Notes under the pieces: model-generated
What the model saw: the letters and a program-made list of their open reading frames with translations, nothing else
Told to the model about the DNA's origin: nothing
Databases searched by the model: none
In this document: positions 36,229 to 47,989 of the stretch, one piece after another
Position numbering within the stretch: position 1 is the first letter of the stretch
How the letters are laid out: each line of letters starts with the position of its first letter
Origin: Squalus acanthias
Lineage: Eukaryota
DNA length: 64,000 nt
Reading direction: 5' to 3'
Assembly: GCA_030390025.1 (NCBI GenBank)
Contig: CM059432.1
Span: forward strand, 95,482,001-95,546,000
Made by a program: the position numbers and the translations under genes

Positions 36229-37869
36229 CGTATAAGCATTTGTGGTGGTTTCTATTGTGCTGAAACTGTCCATTTATAAATGTGAATTTTTAAAATGCAC
36301 AACACTTAAGACTCAAATGACCAGCTTGGCCATGGACATTCCTTAATGTCTTGGGAAGAAAGCAACCAGAATCAAAATGGTGAACTATTACCAAATATTG
36401 CCAATGCAAAGTATTTCTACATGTCACCTCTGACGCTCTTGGTTAGAAGCAAAATGAAAACCCTCTGCCTAGAGAGTTTGTTCCCTCTGAAGGCATGATA
36501 TTTAGCTCACTTAGAATGAAGGGGTCTTGGCCACCCGTTTTATACGCTGCCTGATTTTCTTTTTCACTGAAGTCAACTTCAACTGTTTCTCAGCATTGCA
36601 AACGAGAACGACACTTTCACAGCTGGCTCGCATTTTTTTAAGTTGGGTAAAGCATAAATCCATGCATGCATACTCAAAAGCATGCACATAGCCCTGCTTA
36701 CCAGCCTCCCACTGCCAGCCTGCTTCTTTCCCTAGTTACCAGCAGATGTGATTTGGTTGCTCTAATAACTGAAGAAAATCAGTCACTTGGAGTGACTATA
36801 TTAGTGGCAACAGGTCAGCAAATCCTGATTAAAGCACAGACATGCCATTCCCTCTGGGAATGTTTCACCTATGTTTATGTTTCTGGTGCAAGACAATGCC
36901 TCAGGTATGCAGCTAGCTCACAACCAAAAGTCTCACATCTATGACTTGCCCAATATTAATTGTTCTGCATTTTCTTGTTTATTGCTTAGCTAAGAACATT
37001 GTCTCAGGATTTCTTCATACTTTATCAAACTTGTTCAGTCCTTCACCTCCCACCCTAAATCAACATAGTTACATGTGACAAATTTCAAAGACAATAGGTA
37101 ACTATTTACAATTGTGATATCCATCCAACGGAAATGTTTCAGTCTGTATATTTTTAAGCTTTTTCCCCTTTTGTCCTGACTGCAAAAATATAACAAAGAA
37201 CTATTCAGCTGGTTTACACTCAGGTGCCTTGATAAAACAAAACAAGCTGTGCTTTCTTTGAGATCCATTTTTAGGTATAAAAGCTCTGAACTCCTCAGAC
37301 ATTAATTCAAACATTTACAGTTTTAAGAACAATCCTTTGATTGAAACATTTGTGTGCGCGGCTGTGTGCGATTGATGTATAAAGAAATTAGCCAGATGGT
37401 TTATTAACTCACACTCTCATGTATTATGAACTTTCAGTTCCTGTGATAGCAGTGCCTCCTGGTGGATACCAATTTTATAAATGTAGTTAATAACAGCACT
37501 ACTTTGTACAGCACAGCTGCTGCCAAAAAAAGAACCTTGTGCGCCACATTTTGTGACGTGATTCATGGGGGAAGATGGACATCACACTATAGGTGAGTGT
37601 GAGCCTCAACTGAATGCACTACTCCTGTTACTAGCCCATGATAAATTTCCAACAGTCAAACGATAGACCGTCCTCAGTGCGCAGCCTGTTCATGTGAAAT
37701 GGCCGCATGACAGTTGTATGGGCCTGGCCTGCTTTACTGAAAGTTTTAAAGTAAGGTTGTTGTTGTTGTTTGTTCAGTTGCAGTTTTTTTCATTGCCACA
37801 TTTTTCTACTCTTGTATTGGATCAATGCTGTTAGATCTTTTAGTTTCCTAAATAAAAACATTCCAGCAG

Positions 37870-38600
37870 TTTTAACAATGGGTGCTGCATTGGAAGCTTC
37901 AGCAACTAAAGTTGGGAGAATGGGAATCCCTTTGGCAGTTCCCATTCTGTTGCATGAATTAGAAGAGGGGCTAATATCTTCAGATCTAATGACACCTCAG
38001 GCCATATGTGCAGTCCCGTCCTTACCCAAAGAAATGCATTTAGAGCCTACGTCAGTCCTACCTTGGTATATGAGATGAGTCCTATCTTTGCCGCCTCTGC
38101 TTCACTGCAGAAGTGTGACCAATACCACCTCTTGCAGGTTGATTTACAGATAATCTCAATGACTGGACCAGCTCTCTCAGTAGCTGTGAAGATCATGATA
38201 GCATTAAGCTTCTGTGCAACAGTCTCCTTCCAGGCTATCTTGGGGGACATCTGCCAGATAAAGCAATCTGCAGTTCATATCTGTATAGAGCAAGTGACTG
38301 ACAGCATATTTGCCAGGGAAACACCTTTATCCCGGTGAAAAGGAGACTGGAGAGGGCACAGAACTTTTACTGCCTGACAGGCTTTCTAAGAGGTCAAAGC
38401 ATTATAGATGGGGCCAACAAGCCTCCACATGTCAACCCAAAGACATACATGAACACAAAGGGATACCACTTCATAAATGTGTAGGTCGTTTCTGATCACA
38501 GCAATGTAACCATGCAGGTTAATGTCCATTATTCAGGGGGAACCCATGATGTTTTTATTATGCAGCAGTCTGTGATGTCTCTATTGTTTGAAGTTCCAGA
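37870..38600 (+). pseudogene. Old Harbinger (HARBI1-like) transposase relic
   Basis: ALSVAVKIMIALSFCATVSFQAILGDICQIKQSAVHICIEQVT (HTH region), KGYHFINV and VNVHYSGGTHDVFI; many disruptions. Confidence 0.75.
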
Positions 38601-38759
38601 GAGACAATCCTTGTAGAAATTTAGTGCCAAAATGTTGGCAGGCTATATGACCATGAGAGTGCGGGAGGCCGGGGAGTGGGGGTGGGGGTAGGGGGAGTGG
38701 CAGCTCAGCCAAGTCTGACGTTCAAACATACATTTTACAGTACAAGTAACTGGATAGTG

Positions 38760-38930
38760 AGCAGGAGTAGAGACCCTGGTTGATTTTCCCCTTCCTTAGT
38801 CTGGGGCACTGAGGCTAATTATAGCGCTCCTAGTTAATTCAGCACAGGTCAGGGATCAAACCTGGGATTTTCTTGATTTGTGTGGCTCAGTTTCACAATG
38901 AGCAGTGCCTTTACTGACAGAGTCATTAGT
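38760..38930 (-). mobile_element. tRNA-derived SINE fragment
   Basis: The minus strand has GACTCTGTCAGTAAAG (A-box-like) and CCAGGTTTGATCCC (B-box-like). Confidence 0.4.
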
Positions 38931-39107
38931 GCCCAGACCTGTTAGTTTTCTGAGTCATGATTCTGCAGAAAGTTATTCAGCACAGCTACTACTCATATGC
39001 TATCCACAGTGGTGAAATCTTGGCTGGAACACACAGGAAATCAATTGTGTCCCCCTGGTGGCTCGCGCTCTCCACAGCAGGCCAATAGCAGGGGATGGAA
39101 AAACATA

Positions 39108-39886
39108 GGCCCGGATTTTGCAGTCAGCTGAGAAGGAATGGCGCTCGCCGTTCACCTCGAAAAAAGCTACCCACAAAGCTCTAGAGCGTAGACTTCCTCT
39201 TTTCAAATGTCAGTTTGAATTTGGCGCCTTCTACAGGGGATCTGTGGTGTTCAGCAACAGGACAGGCAACAGGAGGTTGATCAACCAATCAGATTGAAGA
39301 ATTCTCACAGACAGCAAAGCAGAAAGTAAAAAGCAGAAAATATAAATGACATTTAAATCATTGTACAGAAAGCCGAATAAAGATGGGACATACACGTGGG
39401 ATTAGGGAGAAACTTAAATAGCAAAACACCAACTATTTAAAAAAAAAATGAAATTTTGAGTTCTTAAAAATCTGGAACATTGTAATTTTCTTCTGAGGGA
39501 ATGAGATTCCATACTTAAGGTTGAAATTAAATTTTCAGGGCCAGAGAGGTTGTTCAGCAGTAATTATGAGTTATTACACCATTAAAAATGCAGTTCGTCC
39601 TGATTGAACAAGGCTTAAGTTTTTCATCATTCTTTAGAGCCAAAATAGTGGGTAATTAGTTTAAGTTCATGTCTTAACAGTGATTTCTCTGCAGATTCCA
39701 TCGGTGAAGGCTGCAACAGCACAGCCAGGGGAGGAGCAGAGTACCTCTGACAGTAACTTCCGGATTTCCGCGTGTAACTGCGCACGTGTAGATGCCAGTA
39801 GTTGCTGTCAGTTTTACTCAGTTTTACCCAGTAATAACGGCGCGTGTTGACAGCCCCACCGTTATTACTACTGCAAATTCTGGGCC
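39108..39886. mobile_element. Harbinger-type MITE
   Basis: 17-bp TIRs GGCCCGGATTTTGCAGT / ACTGCAAATTCTGGGCC with 2 mismatches. Confidence 0.8.
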
Positions 39887-39994
39887 AATAATTTTAACAG
39901 AGTGGAGCTCCCATTTGACAGCTATACACATCAGGACATATAGGACATCAAGGGCTATATTTTCCATCCTTAGTTAATTTTAGCAAAAAAAAAG

Positions 39995-42752
39995 ACAAGA
40001 AAGTGCAGTTGTTGTAGGGAATTCGATAGTCAGGGGGGATAGACAGGCGTCTCTGCAACTGCAGACGTGAGTCCTGAATGGTTTATTGCTTCCCTGGCAC
40101 CATGGTAAAGGATATCACTGAACAGGTGCAGGATATTCTGCGAGGAGAAGGGGAACAGCCAGAAGTCGTGGTCCACACTGGAACCAATGACCTAGAGGCA
40201 GAGTTTCAGGAGCTAAGAAAAAGATTAAAGAACAGGACGTCAAAGGTAGTAATCTCTGGATTACTCCCACTGCCATGTGCTAGTGAGTACAGAAACAGGA
40301 AGATAGTGCAGGTGAATGCGTGGCTGGAGAAATGGTGCAGAAGGGAGGACTTCAGATTCCTGGGCATTGGGACGAGTTCTGGGGCAGGAGGGACCTGTAA
40401 AAGCCAGACGGGTTGCACCTGAACAGGACTGGGACCAAAGTTCTCGCGGGAAGGTTAACTGATGCTGTGGGTGAGGCTTTAAACTAATTTGGCAGCGGGA
40501 GGGGACCCAGGACACAGCAGTAGAGAGGAGAGACAAGGTGCACAGAAAACTAGAGGGACAGACAGCAACAGAATAAAGAATAGTGTAGAAGGAGCAGGAA
40601 TTAGATGGAGTAAAAAAATAAAGCAGACTTGCATGGTGTTGGAAAGCATGTGTGTTAATGCAATGAGCTGCAGGCACAAGTTGCCACATCGGATTATGAT
40701 ATAGTGGCTGTAACGGTGACCTGCCTTAAACATGGGCAGGAATGGGAACTAAACATTCTTGGCTGTAATATATTCAGGAGGGATAGGGAAGGATAAAAGG
40801 AAATGGGGGAGTGGGGAGCGGTGGCAGTATTGATCAAGGATAATATTACAGTTCTACACAGGGATGATATACTAGAGGGTTACATAGGATTACATAGGAT
40901 ATACAGCACAGAAACAGGCCATTCGGCCCAACCAGTCCATGCCAGCGTTTATGCTCCACTCGAGCCTCCTCCCATCTTTCTTCATCTAAATATATCAGCA
41001 TAACCCTCAATTCCCTTCTCCCGCATATGCTTTTCTAGCCTCCCATTAAATGCATCTATACTATTCACTTCAACCACTCCCTGTGGTAGCGAGTTCTACA
41101 TTCTCACCATTCTCTGGGTAAAGAAGTTTCTTCTGAATTCCCAATCAAAGACTGAATCTATTTGGTTAGAGTTAAGGAACAGAAAAGGAGCTGTTACGTT
41201 GCTGGGTGTTTACTATAGACCCCCAAATAGTGAGAAGGAGATAGAAGAGTAAATCTGCAGGCAAATTTCAGAGAAATGTAAAAATAATGGGAGGGGTGCC
41301 AGACAACTGTAGGATTGCAAATGCTACACCCCTATTCAATAAAGGAGAGAGGGGATAAATCTGGTATCTACAGGCTAGTCAGTCTAACGTCAGTGGTAGG
41401 AAAACTACTAGAGACCATTGTCAAGGACAAAATTAATTCTCACTTGGAGAAACATGGGTTAATAAGGGTCAGCAGCACACACTTGTTAAAGGCAAATTGT
41501 GTCTAACTAACCTGATTGAGTTATTTGATGAAGTAACAGAAAGGGTGGATGAAGGTAGCACAATAGATGTTGTATGGACTTTCAAAAGGCATTTGATCAA
41601 GTCCCACATAACAGACTTATTTGGAAAAATAGAAGCACATGGGATTAAAGGGACGATGGTAACTTGGGTACAGAATTGGCTAAGGGATAGGAGACAGAGA
41701 GTAGTGGTGAATAGATGTTTTTCTGACTGGTGAGAAGTATGCAGTAGGGTCCCCCAGGGGTTAGTATTAGGACCACTGCTTTTCTTGTTATATATAAATG
41801 ACCTGGACTTGGGTATAAGGAGTACACCTTTGAAATTTGCGAATGATAAAAACTTGGTAGCATAGTAAATAGTGAAGAGGATATAGCAGACTGCAGGAGG
41901 ACATAGACAGGCTGGTGAAATAGGCAGACACATGGAAAATGCAATTTAATGTGGATCAGTGTGAAGTGATGCAATTTGGGAAGAGCAACATGGAGATGCA
42001 GTATAATCTAAATTGAACTTTTTAAGGTGGGTGGGGGAGATAAGAGCAGAGGGACCTGGGGGTGCTTGTTCACAAATCCTTGAAGGTGGCAGGGCAAGTC
42101 GATAAGGCGGTTAAGAAAGCGTATGGGATACTTGGCCTTGCAAATCGAGGCATTGTATACAAAAACAAGGAAGTCAAGCTGAACCTTTACAAACCTCTGG
42201 TTAGGCCTCAGCTCTAGTATTTTGTACAATTCTGGGCACCACACTTTAGGATGGATGTCAAGGCCTTGGAGAAGGTACAGAGGAAGTTTACCAGGATGAT
42301 AGCAGGGATGCAGGACTTCAGTTATGTGGAGAGATTGGAGAAGCTGAGATTGTTCTCCTTCGAGCAGAGAAGGTTAAGGGGAGACCAGATAATGGTAATC
42401 AAAATGATGAGGGGTTTTGATAGTTTCTCCCAACTTACACTGTTTCCTCTGTCAAGTGGGTCGGTAACCAAAGGTCATAGATTTAAAATAATTGGCAAAA
42501 GAATTAGAGGATAAATTAGGAGAATTTTTTTCACACAGAGCATTGTTAAGATCTGCAATGCACTATCTGAAAGGGTGGTGGAAGCAGGTTCCAGAGGAAC
42601 TTTCAAAAGGCAATTGGACATGTATTGAAGAGGACTAATTTGCAGGGTTATGGGGAAAATGCTGGGGTGTGAGACTAAATTGGACAGCTCTTTCAAAGAG
42701 CTGGCACAGGCACGACAGGCTGAATGGCCTCCTCTGTGTTGTAAGATTCTAT
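39995..42752 (+). mobile_element. Internally deleted, decayed CR1 (ORF1 esterase, endonuclease, RT, 3' end) with a minus-strand CR1 tail inserted at about 40880-41141
   Basis: VVGDSIVRG, VVVHTGTND, YRLVSLTSVVGK, VPQGLVLGP and RRLRGD. The insert starts TACATAGGATTACATAGGAT. Confidence 0.88.
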
Positions 42753-43248
42753 GGCCTAGAAATTTGGGGGTTTAACGACATTCATTACCGCCATAATCGG
42801 GCGAAAGAATGGCGGCCTCCGCTCTTCCGCCAGCTGGTCCTGTGGCGGCCGCCATTTTGGAATGGGTGACACCGCTGCTGATAGAAGTGATAGCTGAAAT
42901 GATTGAAATTAAGCAGTTCATGACGTCAGTCAGTGTGCAACACTCACTTGACGCCCAATCTGCGACATTGGATTTCGCCGCTGCACTTACCGGCATGCCT
43001 TAACAATGATATGCTGAGCAAGCGTTGAGAAGCAGAGAGGAGGCTCCAGCAGCGGTATTTAACGGGATCATCAGCAATGCGAGCACCTAACCTGTTTATG
43101 CAGTTTGACTGGCTCTGTGCTACTTTCTGCAACTCCACCAGCTTTATTAACTTCTTTCAAGGTTCTAAGGTAACAGGGAGTGTTGTTGCAAGTGCAGAAC
43201 ACCTTCATTATTTTTTCAAGGCTTCTGTCACAACACTTGCTCACAGTC

Positions 43249-44290
43249 ATGGGGTCTGTACAGGCAGTTGAGCTCGTGCTCCAGGATCTTCGGCAGAGGG
43301 AGTGGAGGCAGCGAAGAAGACAAGAAGATGTGCGCAGAGGGAGGAGGAGGAGGGCTCTCAGCAGGAGGTCTTACCCACCTAGGGTCTTCAGAGAGCACTT
43401 CTCTTATATCTACTTAAGTGAGGAGCAGTGTATTAGGAGGTTCCGCTTCACCAAGGAGGTGGTCACAGAACTCTGCCACCTCCTGCAACTAGACGTGCAG
43501 CCTGAGAGCAGGGTGACCAGTGGCAGTCAAGGTCACCGTGGCCCTCAATTTCTTCAACAGCGGATCCGTCCAGTCTGCAGCAGGAGACATAGCTAACATC
43601 TCCCAGTTCACCATCCATTGCTGCATCCAGGAGGTCACTGAGGCTTTCTACACCAGGAGAAGGGACTACGTTGTCTTCTTTCTGAGCAGAGAGAAGCAGG
43701 CTGAGCGCGCATGTGGCTTTGCCAGGATAGGGGACTTGCCCATGTTGCAGGGCGCCATCGACTGCCCACACGTGACTTTGCAGGCGCCGCATAACAATCC
43801 TGAGATCTTCCATAACTGCAAAGGCTACCACTCACTTAATGTACAGATGGTGTGTGACCACACCCAGCGAATCCTCAATGTCAATGACCGCTATCCTGGC
43901 AGCAGTCATAATGCCTTCATCCTGTGTTAGTCCGGTGTGCCAGTAATCTTCCAGCCACCACAACAAACTTGAAGGTGGCTGCTCAGAGACAAGGACTATC
44001 CACTCTGCACTTGGCTCATGATTCCCCTCCGCAACCCCAACACTCATGCCCAGCACTCATAGTGAGACTCATGCTTCCACCAGGAACATCATCCAGCAAA
44101 GCATCGGGCTACTGAAGCAACAGTTCCGCTGCCTTGACCGCTCTGGAGGAGCCCTCCAGTACACGCCGGAGCGGGTGTCCCATTTCGTGGTGGTCTGCTG
44201 CATGCTTCACAACTTGGCCATCATGAGGGCGCAGCCCTTGCCAGCAGGGATTGCGGCACCACCTCAGGAGGAGGACGAGGGAAAGGAGGA
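43249..44290 (+). pseudogene. Harbinger DDE transposase (HARBI1-like), frameshifted
   Basis: ATG at 43249; CIRRFRFTKEVVTELCHLL, GAIDCPHV, KGYHSLNVQMVCD, YPGSSHNAFI, WLLRDKDYP and HASTRNIIQQSIGLLKQQFRCLD ... CCMLHNLA. Frameshifts are present, there is a stop at 43928-43930, and the catalytic E appears replaced by Q. Confidence 0.92.
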
Positions 44291-44874
44291 GCACAGATTG
44301 TTGGGATACTGTGACACCCTACAAGCCCCGGTCGACACTCATGAACCCAACCTCGATGGCAGTAGTCAGAGCTTGGGTGGCTTCAAGCTGAGACTACATG
44401 AGAGCAGTCTAAGCTTCTGCTGCAGCACTAAGATGTTGGGTCGCTTCCGCTTGTGCTGCAATGGAAGCTGTGACATCTCGCATCATGCGCACCATCATGT
44501 CTGGGTCGACACGATCTCTTTGGGAGTGTACCATTGTTTCCAGGCTGGAAATCCTGCGTTCCAAGCTCTGCGCAGAGACCCGTGCAATGTTGGAGGTGGA
44601 CTCCTCCATGATCCTTAACATTGCAAGGAGGCTCTCTTGCGGGCTTGCCATTGCACCTATCAATTTGGTGTGCATGCCCATCACCCTTCTTCTGAAGGCC
44701 ACCCCATCGATGTCCTCATCTGAGTCCTGTGCAGCAGAACTTGCACACGAACTTGCATACAGCATGAATAGCTTGAAAGTGGGAAGAGATTGTGGGATGA
44801 GGAGGAAGTGGGATACGAGAAGTGTGCGCAAGGTGTGAGATGGGTTCAACCTCGCTGGTTGCCACGGTCTCTAC

Positions 44875-46566
44875 CACATGGAATTTAATACAGAAAAGTG
44901 TGAGGTGATGCATTTTGGCAGAAGGAACAGGGAAAGGCAATATACACTTAATGGCACAGTTTTAAAGAGTGTGCAGGAACAGAGGTACCTGGGAGTTAAT
45001 GTGCATAGGTCCCTGAAGGTGGCGGGACATATTGAGAGAGTGGTTAGCAAAGCATATGGGATCTTGGGCTTCATAAATAGAGATAGAGAATTCAAAAGTA
45101 GAGAAGTTATGCTGAACCTTTATAAAGCGCTGGTTAGGCCACAACTGGAGTATTGCGTCCAGTTCTGGTCACCACACTTTAGGAAGGATGTGAAGGCCCT
45201 TGAGAGGGTGCAGAGGAGATTTACCAGAATGGTTCCGGGGATGAGTGATCTTAGTTACAAGGACAGGTTGGAGAAACTGGATTTATTTTCTTTAGAGCAA
45301 AGGAGGTTGAGGGGTGATTTGATAGAGGTGTACAAGATTATGACTGGTTTGGATAGGCTGGATGGGGATAGGCTGTTCCCACTAGTTGATCGTACAAGGA
45401 CAAAGGGACACAGAGTTAAGGTTTTGGGCAAGAGAAACTTTTTTTACGCAGTGCGTGGTGAGGACCTGGAACTCGCTGCTGACTGAAGTGGTGGAAGCGG
45501 AGACACTCAGGGGTAAAAATTCAGTTGGTTGCGCCTCCCGTTAGCGCCTTAAGAGGGCGCTAATGGGGCGCAAAGCCGCTAACGCCCGGGCGCAGCGATG
45601 TTTGCGCCGCTCGGGAACTTAACTTGACATTGTGCGGCGGCGCTAAAACTTACCGCTGCGACCACCTGCGCGCGCAGATTGTGACGTCATTCCATGGTGC
45701 AACGCCCTTGTGGCACCCCGGAGCGGAAATTGAGTGGCGCCCCCTGCCTTACCGCCTGACGCTAGCAACGACCAGAAGACTGGAACGCTATCAATCGCTG
45801 TGGGGCTGGGGGGGGGCGCTATTTAAAGGGGGCCTCTTCCTGTCTTTTATTGTTGGTGGCATTTTTGAACTACGCATTCTGAGAGAGAGAGGGAGAGACT
45901 TCTGGAGAGATTCAACGTTGTGTGAAGGAGTTTTGGGTACTGAGCAGCACTTTGCAGGTTCATTTTGAGTTGCCATTCCTTGTATCGATTTAGCAGAGAC
46001 TGTGGGAGCTGCACTCTGAGCTCTTTGCCTGGTACTCTCCATTGTTCTTTCCAGCACATTTGATGTGCAAGTCTCTCCAGGCCGAGATTCAAGGCTGCAA
46101 TAAACAGGATGTGGATGGAAAGCAAGATTAACCATCCCCTTTAAGAACTGGCCCGTGCCATTGTGTGTGTGTTCCATTGCTGACTGACATTACATGAGCT
46201 TCGCCAGCGCTCTGAGTTAGCGCCTCACTCCTTGGCCTTTGCGCCTTAAGACAGGTATGCAGCGCCTGCTTTAGCGCTCCACTCACCTCCCGGGGCGGTA
46301 AAAGTGAAGTTTCCAGTCAGTGCCGATAATTAGCGCCAGGCGCTAATATTTGCGTCCAGACGATATTTGCGCCCCAAATGGGGCGCGACCTAATTTCTAC
46401 CCCTCAATGTTTTCAAGGGGAGACTGGACAGGCACTTGAGGGAAATAAACTTGCAGGGCTACGGGGATAGAGCAGGGGAATGGGACTGACTGGATTGCTC
46501 TACAGAGAGCCGGCACAGACTCGATGGGTTGAATGGCCTCCTTCTGTGCCTTATGACTATGACTCT
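44875..46566 (+). mobile_element. CR1 3' end inserted in Harbinger Myb exon 2
   Basis: ORF 44878-45486 (MEFNTEKCEVMHFG ... LEYCVQFWSP ... RRLRGDLIEVYK); resumes at 46407; TATGACTATGACTCTATG tail. Confidence 0.92.
45510..46403. mobile_element. CpG-rich Harbinger-type MITE
   Basis: TIRs GGGGTAAAAATT / AATTTCTACCCC, TSD TCA, and many subterminal (T)AGCGCC / GGCGCTAA motifs. Confidence 0.9.
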
Positions 46567-47989
46567 ATGCCGCCCAATGAACTGAAGAACTTGTTCTTGA
46601 GCTGGCTGAAATCCTGCATTTCAGCTTACCCCCCACCTGTCTGCTGCGGCTCCCTCTGATTATGTGCCAGCTTGGCCTGCAAGAGAAAGATGTGTGTGAG
46701 TGAGTGTGGTGCAATGTGTTTGGGTGATCTGCCTGCCATAGTTGAATAGCTATCAGTGTGTGCAAGGTGTGAGATATGGGTGTGAGTGTTGCAGCACTGA
46801 TAAGGTTGTGAGGGTGAAGTGAAGTCATGGTTGTGAGGTGTGACCGATGATAGGTAGAGATTGTTGGTAGGTGAGTGCTGGGGGTGTGGTGCATTGAGCA
46901 GTGTGTGAGGCTTCTGGTGCAGATAGTGGTATTTGACATTCGCTGAAGCCTTCACTCACCTTGACCACCTGTGTGAGGTCATCAAACCTCTTCCTGCACT
47001 AGATGGCAGACCTTGGCACCACAATACGCGCCGTTACAAGGTCGGCTATCTCCTGCCACATGGTACGGGAGGTGTACGGCGATGGCATCCTGCCACTTTG
47101 GGGGGTAGAGTACAGCCCGCCTGCTCTCTACAGCCACAATGAGTGCCTCCAGAGCTTTGTCCAAAAACCTCCTGCTCCTGGTGGCAGCTGCAATTGGAAC
47201 TGCCTTGACAATGAGGTGCTGTAGCCTCAATGCACCGCCCCTTTAAATGGTGGAAAAAACATGTGGCACACATGACTGGGAATTAGATTGGTCCACCTGT
47301 TGAGCGTTAAGCCAATGAGCAGCTGTTTTAGAGCTGAAATCATGACTATAATCACGTTAATGAGGAGTGAACATGAATTTTGAGTGCTACCTAGACCATT
47401 TTGAGGTGGCACAGCTTAACATCGTTAGGCCTTAACACTGCCCATTTCATGGCTATATCCAATTTCCAGGCCTTAGCCTTTAAACATAGGAACAAAGATA
47501 TTTTTGGTCCCAACTAAAGTGATGTGATAAGAATGTGACAGGCTTTATGCCGCTTTGCCAGACACTAACTAGATGGTATTTCCTATGTTTGGCACATTAA
47601 ATTTATGCAGGCTTTGTGTTCAGAGCTCACCAGAAGATGGGAAATTGGATGTTCCAAGGGGTTTGAAAAGTATGCATATGTCAAGTGCATATTTCAACCT
47701 TTCCAAAAGCTATTTGGAACAAAAAAGTGGCTTGCAAAACCCAATGGCTGGAATAAATATAGAAGCTGGAGTTGGAGTCTGTGGGCACCATGCAAGCCCC
47801 CTGTTTACTGGTTGATGAAGTTAATGTACTGCTGCATAAGGCAGCTATGTCAGGGTTGACCTGCTTGTCATTACAGAGCACAATCCTTAAAAGACAGGGC
47901 AACATGCCTGTCAAGAGGTAAGCTCAATACTGTGTCCCTTACCCACAAGACCAGCTACCAAGGTAAGCCTACCCAACAATTCCATTAAC

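Larger units (their letters stand above)
42753..47472 (+). mobile_element. Near-complete PIF/Harbinger element (transposase +, Myb/SANT gene -) with nested CR1 and MITE
   Basis: TIRs GGCCTAGAAATT / AATTTCCAGGCC. The two genes are convergent; Myb exons lie at about 47190-46960, 46677-46570 and 44760-44300. Confidence 0.9.

Noticed and set aside
43249..44290. Domesticated host gene HARBI1
   Set aside because: It has frameshifts, a stop and an altered catalytic residue, and it lies between TIRs, so it is a dead transposon copy.
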